Below, one piece after another: positions 1 to 9,060 of a stretch of DNA of 64,000 nucleotides. Location of the stretch: the IMG/VR virus record IMGVR_UViG_3300035099_000047, positions 64,001 through 128,000 of that record. One strand, 5' to 3'. Source of the DNA: a virus. The notes below the pieces were generated by a model. That model had not been told where the DNA came from. It saw nothing but the letters and a program-made list of their open reading frames with translations, and ran no database searches. Within the stretch, counting starts at the first letter, position 1; every line of letters starts with the position of its first letter. The position numbers and the translations under genes are program-made.

Positions 1-2
1 CT

Positions 3-869
3 ACCCTCACTCCGTAGGATGGTCCGCATGGGTTTCAGTTCCAGCACTTTGTACTGAATTTCGGGCAACCGCTTACGTCGCAACCATCGGTGATCAGTAA
101 CGGCTTCACCCTTTGTTACTACCACATTCTTGCAGTGCATGAAACTCAATGTGAGCAACGCAATATGGGTGGGACTGAAAAGTACGGCTGGATTGGGCTC
201 TATTACCCCTTTCCGCACAGAAAAGGTTCCAGGTCCGGCTTGAAACCAGTGAACCGGAGACCCTTGCGAATCCACTCCCACAACTGAAAAAGCCCCAGTC
301 CAAGCTGGCCGTCCCAAACAAGGTGGTTGAAACAAAGCCACCCAATAAGACATCACCATCACCCATTTGGATCGGTTCACCATGTTATCAAATCTTCGCT
401 CTAACTCTGGGGACCAACTATCTCTCATATTCGGTCCACCAGCCACGTTCTTCAAGAAACTGATATATTCGTTTTTAGAACCTTCTTCAGGGGCCTTGAA
501 TGGAATACACACCATACCCGCCTGCCCCGCTGGCTCCTCTAACCATTCCCCCTTAATCAACACCCGCAGGGGGTTGTTCCATTCTATTGTAAACACTGGA
601 AAAGGTGGTGCAATACAAGGGAATGCTGAGGGCTCGTCCTCATTACCAACGATCCGCCATTCCTCTTGGGGGCTAGCCGCATACATCTCCGCGATCTCAT
701 CAGCGATGATCACCGGAAAACCCGCAGCCATCTCAGCCTCGGCTTTGCTGCGAACCAAGACATCGTCCATTCGCATCCCCACGTTAGCCCAAGAGGGCTG
801 ATACTGCTCATGCAGTAAAGGCAAAGACCTCATCCGTTCAATCAACCTAAGTGGTTTTTCACTACTCAC
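3..869 (-). CDS. Hypothetical phage protein, partial (runs off the left edge)
   Basis: Not in the ORF track. AGGAGG RBS then GTG at 869; open frame MSSEKPLRLIERMRS...ALLTLSFMHCKNVV...QYKVLELKPMRTILRSEG to the window edge. Confidence 0.75.
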   Translation of the reverse strand, partial: MSSEKPLRLIERMRSLPLLHEQYQPSWANVGMRMDDVLVRSKAEAEMAAGFPVIIADEIAEMYAASPQEEWRIVGNEDEPSAFPCIAPPFPVFTIEWNNPLRVLIKGEWLEEPAGQAGMVCIPFKAPEEGSKNEYISFLKNVAGGPNMRDSWSPELERRFDNMVNRSKWVMVMSYWVALFQPPCLGRPAWTGAFSVVGVDSQGSPVHWFQAGPGTFSVRKGVIEPNPAVLFSPTHIALLTLSFMHCKNVVVTKGEAVTDHRWLRRKRLPEIQYKVLELKPMRTILRSEG

Positions 870-949
870 AACAACCTCCTACTTTGTGAAACACTTACGG
901 ATATTGGCCCTTGAGGTCAATAGACCCTTGCAAAGATTCTGAAAAGTTT

Positions 950-1282
950 TCATGGGTCCCCAGCCAAAATGGCTTGGTAATCAGCTTCCAAGGTTACGTC
1001 TTGGACAATCCGATAACTTACCTCTTTGGGGGGTTTGCTGTTCCGTTGTAATTTGCGAATCCAACCAAGACGGATTGCTTTCCTACGCACCTCACATACG
1101 TATCCGGGGGGTACCAACCCCACTTTGAATCCTCCCCATAGCTCTACTGGCCCTATGAACTGCTGAATTGCATAGGGGCTGGCCACCAATCCCAACTGCC
1201 CCAATGCCTTTCGTATTGCCGCAGCTACATAGCCACATCTTACTACCCCTTTTGACCTTACTACCTCTTTGAAAGGGTTCAC
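950..1282 (-). CDS. Hypothetical protein
   Basis: Part of ORF 950..1339; GTG at 1282 overlaps the stop of the upstream gene (GTGA coupling). Confidence 0.5.
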   Translation of the reverse strand: MNPFKEVVRSKGVVRCGYVAAAIRKALGQLGLVASPYAIQQFIGPVELWGGFKVGLVPPGYVCEVRRKAIRLGWIRKLQRNSKPPKEVSYRIVQDVTLEADYQAILAGDP

Positions 1283-1491
1283 TTTTTCGTCTCCTCCGTC
1301 TCCTGTTTGACAAAGCTCTGACAGCAGTCGCACTTGCACTCGCGAGGCCCATCATTGATCTGGTTACTCTGGTAGAAGTACACAGGACCATGATATTCAA
1401 CGTCCTGCACAAACCTTCGACCGCTGAAGCATCGGAACAAGCTCTCTCGGACTTCCATCCGTTTGCCATTGAGTTCAATTTCGAGCTTCAC
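1279..1491 (-). CDS. Small hypothetical protein with C-terminal CxCxxC
   Basis: Stop/start-coupled chain of small early-type genes. Confidence 0.6.
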   Translation of the reverse strand: MKLEIELNGKRMEVRESLFRCFSGRRFVQDVEYHGPVYFYQSNQINDGPRECKCDCCQSFVKQETEETKK

Positions 1492-1700
1492 GATCGCCTC
1501 CTTTCTTCCCTAAATTCCTTAAATGAGCGTAACATTTCCAACGACAACCTCAATTGAGAAACCACAATGCCACAATCTCCTCTACCTTCCAGGTAAGGAA
1601 TTACCAACTCAAGAGCTTCAATCTGTCTCTCCAGTTGTTCATCATCCCATTGGGACGCCTTGGACAACTTACCGGCGGACTCCATCTGCTTGCTGTTCAT
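1488..1700 (-). CDS. Small hypothetical protein
   Basis: ATGA-coupled to the upstream gene. Confidence 0.6.
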   Translation of the reverse strand: MNSKQMESAGKLSKASQWDDEQLERQIEALELVIPYLEGRGDCGIVVSQLRLSLEMLRSFKEFREERRRS

Positions 1701-1903
1701 GGTTTCTTCCCCTCGCTACTCAAGTTGTCGGGACAATAATCTGCCCTTTCATCGGGGGAAGAATACTTGCTGAGGCTCCACCCGTGAGAGTGATACCGCC
1801 TGTAAGTTTGGCAAACCTCACACCATTCTTCCCCATCAAGAACGACATGAAGGTGAGACCCGCAAGTGTGACACCTTCCACAATGAGTTTTTCCCATTTT
1901 CAT
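1697..1903 (-). CDS. Small zinc-ribbon-like protein
   Basis: CHTC...CEVC; first gene behind the promoter at 1929-1957. Confidence 0.6.
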   Translation of the reverse strand: MKMGKTHCGRCHTCGSHLHVVLDGEEWCEVCQTYRRYHSHGWSLSKYSSPDERADYCPDNLSSEGKKP

Positions 1904-1928
1904 GCCCTTTTTCCCTCACGACACCTTT

Positions 1929-1957
1929 ATTATACGGTTTTCAGTTCATCAGGTCAA
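1929..1957 (-). promoter_or_regulatory. Sigma70-type promoter
   Basis: TTGACC-N17-TATAAT on the minus strand; a related TTGACC-N17-TAAGTG lies at 892-920. Confidence 0.7.
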
Positions 1958-2075
1958 TAGCCAAAATTGAATTTTCTGGAAAAATTACTGAAAACAGCCT
2001 CCCCCTTTACGACTAACTGTTTGGCTACTATACTAGTATACAGCATACGGTTAAACTTAACCGAGGGCTCACAAC

Positions 2076-2282
2076 ATGAATTTAGGCAGACTCATACGGC
2101 AAAGGCGACGGGAGCTGCGGTTGACCCAACAAGAATTAGCCCAACGGCTGCAGGTGAGCACACCCCGAATCAGTGACCTAGAACGGGGCAAGGTACGCAA
2201 CCCCCGCAGAAACACACTGGTAAACCTGGCTTCAGCCTTGGAAATACCAGTCGGTGATCTTTTTGTTCAAAGCAGTAGTTGA
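2076..2282 (+). CDS. XRE/Cro-family helix-turn-helix regulator
   Basis: IRQRRRELRLTQQELAQRLQVSTPRISDLERG-x3-P is a classic HTH_3 signature. Confidence 0.9.
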   Translation: MNLGRLIRQRRRELRLTQQELAQRLQVSTPRISDLERGKVRNPRRNTLVNLASALEIPVGDLFVQSSS

Positions 2283-2364
2283 CCTGAACGGTTCAGGTTG
2301 TCAAGTGAATGTATAATAGTAGAGGTCGGAATGATCTCAAGTTCAGTTACAGGAAAGCCCAGAC

Positions 2365-2676
2365 ATGACCCAATTGAGTGAATCACAAGATCGGTATCAA
2401 GAGAAGCAGGAAAGCTCGTTGCCAAAGATTGGCTCGTTGTTAGAAACGATGAACCACGAAATCATTAGGCCAGATGACACCCGCAGTGAGAAAGGTTGCA
2501 GCATTCGATGCAATGTTTCCGATCCCGATGAGGGGGATTCCCACTGGTTCATACACCATGAGCATAGTGGGCTGGTGGTGATACTAAAGCCTGAACCAAC
2601 CCAAGACTTTGATACCGTCAAGGTCACGGGTCACGCTAAGAGTGGACGGTGCATTTTTGCCAAGGTGGTCCATTGA
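2365..2676 (+). CDS. Hypothetical protein
   Basis: ORF downstream of a GTATAATA -10-like site at 2311-2318. Confidence 0.55.
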   Translation: MTQLSESQDRYQEKQESSLPKIGSLLETMNHEIIRPDDTRSEKGCSIRCNVSDPDEGDSHWFIHHEHSGLVVILKPEPTQDFDTVKVTGHAKSGRCIFAKVVH

Positions 2677-2822
2677 ACACCCCCCTTCCAGAAAAAGAAG
2701 AATCGGCTCGGGCCAAAGCCAAAAGGTTAGGGAACCGGTTCATATATTGTTGGGACGGAGCTGAGGCTTGGATCTCTTGCGTAACTCCAGAATTTCCCCA
2801 ACAGGAAACCCCCAAATCCCAA

Positions 2823-2858
2823 CATCAGAACCCATCAGTTCATCAGAACCCATCAGTT
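2823..2858. repeat. 18-bp perfect tandem duplication
   Basis: CATCAGAACCCATCAGTT x2. Confidence 0.85.
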
Positions 2859-2914
2859 TCCAAAAAAACTAGCTGATCAACAAAATTGCATCTCGTTAAC
2901 ATGTATAATAAAAA

Positions 2915-3120
2915 ACGGTGAGGCACGAGTCCTATTAGCTGCTCACCAGTTGGGTCAACACAACTGGTTGCTCATGAGAAAGGACTAGCTTCACTATTAC
3001 CAGCCCTCTAAACTAAGGGTCGACAAAAACCCCCGGGGGTGCCCACTTGGGGGAACAAAGCGACTGCTCCGGGCATAGGAGAAGCCGTCCGGCTTTGACT
3101 GGACGGGGGTTGGCTTTTTG
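2915..3120 (+). ncRNA. Candidate structured non-coding RNA (~200 nt)
   Basis: Follows TATAAT at 2904 and ends in TTTTT. Nested pairings GTGAGGC/GCTTCAC, AGTCCT/AGGACT, ACCAGTTG/CAACTGGT, CCAGCCCTC/GGGGGTTGG, CCGTCC/GGACGG. Confidence 0.45.
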
Positions 3121-3243
3121 AATCATTCCATCTGTAGTGGAGAGCAAAGCTGTGGCTTGCTCACAGGCTGGGATCAGTTACGCTTTCATGTTAAACAACA
3201 AGCTAACAACGGTGGGCCAGAGCTAACTGCAAAGGAGGTCTCA

Positions 3244-3498
3244 ATGAAAACTGTGATCCTAACCCTATTTTTGGTGCTAGCTCTGGCCATCCCAGCAAGT
3301 GCTTACCATCATGGCTACTCTTCTTATTCGAGGTCCCGAGCCCACCCAGGGGCCTATTACCCAAGGGCCTATTACCCAAGAATCTACTACAATGCTCGTC
3401 CATACTACCCACCATTGATCATCAGCTATTGGTATCCAACACCGTGGGGGATCTACATACAATGGATCGGAATCCCTACGGCTCGGGTCATCCGCTAA
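3244..3498 (+). CDS. Small secreted Tyr/Pro-rich protein
   Basis: AGGAGG RBS; signal peptide MKTVILTLFLVLALAIPASA; YYPR repeats. Confidence 0.7.
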   Translation: MKTVILTLFLVLALAIPASAYHHGYSSYSRSRAHPGAYYPRAYYPRIYYNARPYYPPLIISYWYPTPWGIYIQWIGIPTARVIR

Positions 3499-3551
3499 CT
3501 ACTTGAACTCCTACGCACTCTGACTTCATTCACTCCCCACTGGACTTGGTT

Positions 3552-3643
3552 GTTGCAGCTTGCTCGCAGGTTGGGATCGGTTCACGGTTGCTCAATCCTA
3601 AACCTGGGCAGGTGCAACGGCAGCCCCGGTGGGGTTATTTTTT
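3552..3643 (+). ncRNA. Structured element copy 1 (long hairpin plus terminator-like hairpin)
   Basis: 25-nt identity with 51366-51390 (opposite strand); stems GTTGCA/TGCAAC, CAGGTT/AACCTG; ends AGCCCC-GGT-GGGGTT-ATTTTTT. Confidence 0.5.
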
Positions 3644-3655
3644 GGAGGCACTACA

Positions 3656-4393
3656 ATGGCTTCAGACCCCAACCGACATCGAGTAATGCGCACCTACATT
3701 GGAGAACGGGATTTGGGCATTCCTTACTTCCGGCGATGCTACAAATGCCACACTCCAATATCCCGTCACAGCAAAAGTGGAATGTGTCGGCTTTGTGTTC
3801 ATCGCTATAATCCCAAGCCACCCCAAACTACCCCTTGTAGAGCCAAAGCCATTCGGCTGTATTCGTTAGGTATTACTACCGCAGAGATTGCTCGGTCCTG
3901 TGGCATTTCTAAAGAAAGGGTGTGCCAGTTCTTAAGACCCACTGGGCTGATAAGCAAAATTCGGCAAGGGAAGAAAAAAGCCAAAGAACTGCAAAAACGG
4001 GTAGACAAGTTCTACCATAAAGCTCCACGATTGCAACATAAGATCATGCAACGATATGCTGTGGTCAAACTATACAAATCAGGTCTCAGTATAGACAAAA
4101 TAAGAAAATGGTTCCCAGGAGCCCAAGGCATCCTAGACAAGTCGAGAGTTGCAAAGCGCAAAGCGGGGAAGTACGGTCGTATCAAATCAAAAATGAGGCC
4201 AGGACAAAAGCTATGGTGGGAATCAATAGCCGACGGAGAATGGCATTGTATTCAATGGGACAACAAAAAAGGTCCGGGATCAGCTTACAAATACGCAACT
4301 AATCACAATTTCAAATTTACTAGGCGCCAACTATCCAATGGATTTTACCTGGTCAAATTTTACAGACCGCCATTCATTGGGGAAGGGATATGA
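3656..4393 (+). CDS. Basic DNA-binding protein (CxxC..CxxC plus two HTH-like segments)
   Basis: GGAGG RBS before ATG 3656; CYKC...CRLC; GITTAEIARSCGISKERVCQ HTH. Confidence 0.7.
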   Translation: MASDPNRHRVMRTYIGERDLGIPYFRRCYKCHTPISRHSKSGMCRLCVHRYNPKPPQTTPCRAKAIRLYSLGITTAEIARSCGISKERVCQFLRPTGLISKIRQGKKKAKELQKRVDKFYHKAPRLQHKIMQRYAVVKLYKSGLSIDKIRKWFPGAQGILDKSRVAKRKAGKYGRIKSKMRPGQKLWWESIADGEWHCIQWDNKKGPGSAYKYATNHNFKFTRRQLSNGFYLVKFYRPPFIGEGI

Positions 4394-4460
4394 CGCAGTC
4401 AGGTCTAGTACACTGTGGCAACGGTTCCCCTCCTATTGTAGCTTCCTATGTAGCAACAAT

Positions 4461-6155
4461 TTAGAACATGAGTACGTGATTAAACTGGAAAACCCAATCA
4501 CTCGACTTACTCAATGCTCCAAATGTTCTCCTCGCCACCAATGTGTTGTCTCCACACACCAATCCAGCCTCGCTGATAGCGAACCCATTAGCTTCCCCTT
4601 CCAAAATATAAGCAGTGATCAACACACTGGTTGTGCTTGGGAATTCAAACATAGTAATAGGTTTCACTAGCACTACAGTCTCCAATGCTGCATCATTCAC
4701 TGTAGGATTTACAGGTTCGCTAGGATCACCTGGTACATGGCCACCTGTGTTATGCACGAATACCCCAGCTGTCAACGCGAAATTGTGATATTTTTCCACT
4801 TCCAAACAGTACACATCTTCCACATAATCCAAGCGTTTCACTGAAACCACAGTGTGGTTATAAAAAGCTAAAGCTTCACTGGTTGGAGAGGAATGGACCA
4901 TTTTGCCAATTGATTTCAAATACCGAGATCCTTCATCCCATTGAGTGACCGGATCGAACCCATTTTCTATCAGCAGCTTTCTAGCAACAGCAATTTTTCC
5001 CACCATCTGCTTCCGGCGGGAGTCATTGTCTGAATTCACAAACAGAATGGTCTTTTTAGCAGCCATTCTGCTAGCTTTTGATTTACCCCGATTCATGTGG
5101 AAATTGGGATCTTTATTCAGTCTGGTCATCGTCAAAGAGGACCTTTTAGACCGTATCATCCTGGCGTTACGCGCTTGTGGGTTGTCAGAATTGTTAATCC
5201 ACTCGTTGTAATCTGAGATATTTTTAACACTAATTTCTTTCATTTTATCATAGTTTTCACTCCAACTTTTCAAGTTGCGAGCAGTAAGAATGCTGGAGGC
5301 ATTGTTCCTATGGAACGCCCTGTGAAAACACCTAAACAAAACGGTCAAATTCGTAGGATCGTTGTTCCTGTGGTCAAAGTTTTTGTGGTGCACCACAAGT
5401 TTGCAACCTTCACAACCATCGACATGGTTAGAAGTGCATCTAGCTCCCAATTCATGAACCACCATCCAATGAGTAGTCAACCATTTCATGGTTGCGGGAG
5501 ACAAAAAGACTTCGTACCCTTTGTTATCTTCCCTATACAACGGCATGAGACTGTCACCTGGGGACAGTGACTCTGCATTTTTATAAAAACCATCCCTCAT
5601 CATCCACGGGTGGTTTAACGTGCATCGAACCACCTTAATGTTCCCTAGATAATCTCGAATCGTGACTTCCACTAAATTAGCACCCTTTTGAGTTAAAAAA
5701 GGTCTTTTGGCTTTACCAGGCACGACTCTACCTCGTTTTACATCATAGGAATACACCCAAAACTCGTCGCGATAGTTTAGGAGTTCCTCAAAAGACCTCT
5801 CTGTACCATCCAACAATGATACTTTTGTATCTTTGGTAAAGCAACCAAAAGCCATTCGGCTCACGAACTTGGTTGCAGTGCTATCCCCCACAACTAAGTG
5901 ACTCAGTTGCGTCTTGAGCCGAGTCAAGGCCAAGTTGTTGCCTTTGTAAACTCGTTCAATTTTGCCATCTGGCACCTCAACTCGAACCCTCTCCAATTGC
6001 CCGGTTTCAGCATTGATACGAGTGACTTGTTGAGGCCGGTACGATCCTGCCCGTCGCACCAATATGGTTTGTTCACCATGGACTTCACTCACTACGGACT
6101 TGGTAAACATGGGATTGCTCCTTATTACAGATTGGTTAGCTTGTTGTTTGGTCAA
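4461..6155 (-). CDS. Tail-collar/tail-fibre proximal-type protein interrupted by an intein (spliced product ~199 aa)
   Basis: Exteins join as MAFG|TGG...DAALE...EANGFAISEAGL...LVARRTF, typical of the phage tail-collar fibre N-terminal domain. Confidence 0.7.
   Translation of the reverse strand: MTKQQANQSVIRSNPMFTKSVVSEVHGEQTILVRRAGSYRPQQVTRINAETGQLERVRVEVPDGKIERVYKGNNLALTRLKTQLSHLVVGDSTATKFVSRMAFGCFTKDTKVSLLDGTERSFEELLNYRDEFWVYSYDVKRGRVVPGKAKRPFLTQKGANLVEVTIRDYLGNIKVVRCTLNHPWMMRDGFYKNAESLSPGDSLMPLYREDNKGYEVFLSPATMKWLTTHWMVVHELGARCTSNHVDGCEGCKLVVHHKNFDHRNNDPTNLTVLFRCFHRAFHRNNASSILTARNLKSWSENYDKMKEISVKNISDYNEWINNSDNPQARNARMIRSKRSSLTMTRLNKDPNFHMNRGKSKASRMAAKKTILFVNSDNDSRRKQMVGKIAVARKLLIENGFDPVTQWDEGSRYLKSIGKMVHSSPTSEALAFYNHTVVSVKRLDYVEDVYCLEVEKYHNFALTAGVFVHNTGGHVPGDPSEPVNPTVNDAALETVVLVKPITMFEFPSTTSVLITAYILEGEANGFAISEAGLVCGDNTLVARRTFGALSKSSDWVFQFNHVLMF
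4749..5843 (-). mobile_element. Intein (365 aa) with HNH homing endonuclease
   Basis: CFTKDTKVSLLDG...CTLNHPW...VHHKNFDHRNNDPTNL...HNFALTAGVFVHN/T. Confidence 0.93.
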
Positions 6156-6164
6156 TATGGTTTG

Positions 6165-8705
6165 TTAAGGCCCAACCGGGGTAGTTGGGCATGGTTGTTT
6201 ACCATCTTCTCTGACTAACGCCGTCACGGGTATGTTCTGAGACCAACGATGTACGGGTACCCCTGCTGGGTCGAGTTTGATTTCCGACCCCGGCAAATAG
6301 CTACACAGTTGGCAATTCTTGCCTCTCTGTTGAGACGGATCCTTGACGTACTTGGCTATGGTCTGCTTGGGCAGTTCGCTGAGGATGTGCAAGGCACTTT
6401 CAATCCAGAGACTTTTCAGCACACACTGAGCCGGATCTGGAGTATGGATGTCTCGACCAGATGCTAAACTGTCCTCGCGGCAATTCCCCACCACCACCCC
6501 AGCAGATAAAACAAAGTTGTGACAAGGATGGTCTATAACCACACAGTACACGTCTTGCTTTTCTTCCAACCATTTAACAGAAATCACTCTGTGGTTTACA
6601 AGGTGTCCATCCTTTCCCTTCTTGCTTTCATAAAAAGGCATCAAGCTATCCCCACACTTCAATTCACAAGATTTGGTCATAGTTCCATCCGACATCATCC
6701 ATTCATGATCTGGAGTACACTTGACTTTTTCACCATTGTCCAACCCCACTTCCATCAAGGGCATGTTCTCCCTAGTTTTTCTAACCTCTCCCTGAGTAAC
6801 TATGAATTCTTTCCACCCTGGATGATAAGAGTAAAACCATTGTTTACCCAAACCTACCAATTCCGCAATTGGGTGGTTTGTCCCATCTACCATTTTGACT
6901 CCAGTATCCCCAGTAAAACAACCAGAACCGCACACCCAACGGACGGGACATTTCATACAATCCTTGCGCTGATAACCACGGTTATCCAACCAAGGAGCTC
7001 TCAATTCCTCATCAATACCAGTAGACAAATCCCCGATTTTGGAATATCCCTCCCGATGGCATGCAAAAATCATACCTTTGCCGTTGACCGAAAGATAACC
7101 TCGACTCGCACCACAATTTCGTACAAACACTCCAGCAGTCAAGGCGAAATTGTGACAATCGTGTTGAATTTGAACGCAATACGTATCGTGGAGCCCTGTT
7201 ACAAATTTGACTGATATCACTTTGTGGTTGGATTGAACCACTTTACAGTATTTGGTATGGGTTACTTGACTCCCTTTGAAACAATCTGTACTCTCCTCAA
7301 GAACTTTCCCATACCATGGCATCAAGCTGTCACCCGGTTGCAATTGATCAGCCCGCTTGTAAGTGCCATCCCTCATCATCCATAGATGATCAGGAGTGCA
7401 CTTGACCCTTTGACCATTGTCCAATTCCACCTCCAACAAAGACCTACCTTCCCCGGTTTTCACTCCAACACCTTTGGTAGATATGATCTCTCCGTTACAA
7501 ACACTGTAAAACCAGTGCTCTTGACCTACAATGGACTCCAAAGTCCTCTCAGTACCATCCAACAAAGACACTTTGGTATCTCCTGAGAAGCACTCACTTG
7601 CACTATGGATACTCCAAAACATGCGTTCAATGCTCTTGTGTACGTTGTGCCAACGTGGAGTCTTATCTGCCTTAGCCCGTTCTATCCACCAATCAGCGGC
7701 ATCGAGGTATTCATCCTCAAATCGGTCCCATGCCTCCTCTTCCTTGATTTCCAATCCCCGGTTTTTCAAAGGACTATCATGGCTCAGGGCCACTGGTTCC
7801 ACGCTTACCCAATTTGCACAACCGTCATCGCACAACTGATTCAAGTAATCAAGCCGCTCCCGGATAGTTTCCACACTGTTAGCTGGAAACGTGCTGCGCA
7901 GGGTGTTGCTGCTAACTAGCCTGGTGCCCTTGAGCAGCTTCAAACCCTTCATTACCTTTTGCCAGCTGCTTCGTCCATTTGCATAGCGGCGCATATGGTC
8001 TTGGCTCTTTTGAGTCCCGTCTATGGAACAGATCAAGCTGTATCCATGATCATTTAGAAAAGCAACTCGTTCGGGAGTGAACAAGGTAGTATTTGTGGTA
8101 ACATGCAGTCCAGGCCTCTGCTTACCCAATCCCAAACAATTTTCACAAACGCTTCCCCCTACCCGACCAGATCCCCCGCAGGACCGACAAACCTGGCCGA
8201 ATTGCTTAGCCAAATGTTCCACATACTCTGTCACTTTGAGTATCAATGGCCAATTGGTCAAGGGCTCCCCCCCAAAGAACCCAACAGTAAAATGCTGGCG
8301 AACGTTTACCAAATCATCAATGGCCCGTTTGGCCATCTCAAAGGTCATTACATCTCCATCGTAGCCCTTATGTGGGTACATGCTCACAAAGCAATACTTG
8401 CACGACAAATTGCACGCATGTGTTGCTTCAAGGACCAAATTGCCCACCTTTGGTTCTGGTGCCCCTCCGGCACGAAACACTGGCTTATAACGTGCCATTA
8501 CATATGGGCTGGGTGGGTGATCCCTGAGTTGCAAGTAATCCTCAAACGAATCCACCTGCAACAATGCCAAACTGTTGCTATCAAATGCAAACTGTTTGTG
8601 TCGCTTTGGAATCTCAATGTAGATAAGCTCCGGTCGTTCATCCTCACGCAAGTCCTGGCAAGGTACACGGGGATTCAACAACCCGTTCAAAATGCGGTAA
8701 GCCAT
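6165..8705 (-). CDS. Radical SAM/SPASM peptide-maturase-like enzyme with two mini-inteins (spliced ~541 aa)
   Basis: CNLSCKYC, FFGGEPL, TTN, SIDG. Spliced SPASM reads CGASRGY...FACH...CMKCPVRWVCGSGC...C. RRE-like N-terminus. Confidence 0.92.
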   Translation of the reverse strand: MAYRILNGLLNPRVPCQDLREDERPELIYIEIPKRHKQFAFDSNSLALLQVDSFEDYLQLRDHPPSPYVMARYKPVFRAGGAPEPKVGNLVLEATHACNLSCKYCFVSMYPHKGYDGDVMTFEMAKRAIDDLVNVRQHFTVGFFGGEPLTNWPLILKVTEYVEHLAKQFGQVCRSCGGSGRVGGSVCENCLGLGKQRPGLHVTTNTTLFTPERVAFLNDHGYSLICSIDGTQKSQDHMRRYANGRSSWQKVMKGLKLLKGTRLVSSNTLRSTFPANSVETIRERLDYLNQLCDDGCANWVSVEPVALSHDSPLKNRGLEIKEEEAWDRFEDEYLDAADWWIERAKADKTPRWHNVHKSIERMFWSIHSASECFSGDTKVSLLDGTERTLESIVGQEHWFYSVCNGEIISTKGVGVKTGEGRSLLEVELDNGQRVKCTPDHLWMMRDGTYKRADQLQPGDSLMPWYGKVLEESTDCFKGSQVTHTKYCKVVQSNHKVISVKFVTGLHDTYCVQIQHDCHNFALTAGVFVRNCGASRGYLSVNGKGMIFACHREGYSKIGDLSTGIDEELRAPWLDNRGYQRKDCMKCPVRWVCGSGCFTGDTGVKMVDGTNHPIAELVGLGKQWFYSYHPGWKEFIVTQGEVRKTRENMPLMEVGLDNGEKVKCTPDHEWMMSDGTMTKSCELKCGDSLMPFYESKKGKDGHLVNHRVISVKWLEEKQDVYCVVIDHPCHNFVLSAGVVVGNCREDSLASGRDIHTPDPAQCVLKSLWIESALHILSELPKQTIAKYVKDPSQQRGKNCQLCSYLPGSEIKLDPAGVPVHRWSQNIPVTALVREDGKQPCPTTPVGP
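6483..6920 (-). mobile_element. Mini-intein (146 aa)
   Basis: CFTGDTGVKMVDG...KCTPDHEW...HNFVLSAGVVVGN/C. Confidence 0.9.
7116..7592 (-). mobile_element. Mini-intein (159 aa)
   Basis: CFSGDTKVSLLDG...KCTPDHLW...HNFALTAGVFVRN/C. Confidence 0.9.
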
Positions 8706-8709
8706 TTTT

Positions 8710-9060
8710 TCAGTCTCCGGTCAATCCTATAGAAATCTCTTCTAAACGTGTAGCCAACCATCCGATGGCCGACAGGTACAATCCATCGGCCAGGGCATAC
8801 TTCGTAACGGGCAACCAATAGTGCAAGGCCAAACCAACCCAGAACGAACAGCACATCATACAGAAGGACCGAGTGCGTTGAGCTACATACAAACTTATCA
8901 GCTGATCTTTTAATCGGGTCGATTTCCAACTTCCCACCCACAGAACGAGCCTGTCAATCACCCAAAGCACTAAATAGCGGACAGGGAACGCAAGACTTGA
9001 TCGCGAGAGTATGACGACAATCCCCAACCCGACGAGCGTTGAGCTAGTGAGATGATCCAT
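8710..9060 (-). CDS. Small membrane protein with CxxCxSFW motif
   Basis: Hydrophobic segments; FCMMCCSFWVG. Confidence 0.6.
   Translation of the reverse strand: MDHLTSSTLVGLGIVVILSRSSLAFPVRYLVLWVIDRLVLWVGSWKSTRLKDQLISLYVAQRTRSFCMMCCSFWVGLALHYWLPVTKYALADGLYLSAIGWLATRLEEISIGLTGD

Noticed and set aside
2915-3120. tRNA gene
   Set aside because: No TTCRA T-loop or cloverleaf
6165-8705. Anaerobic sulfatase maturase or RNR activase call
   Set aside because: No sulfatase or NrdD nearby; the RRE-like N-terminus and adjacent CxxxC proteins fit a peptide maturase better, though this is not proven
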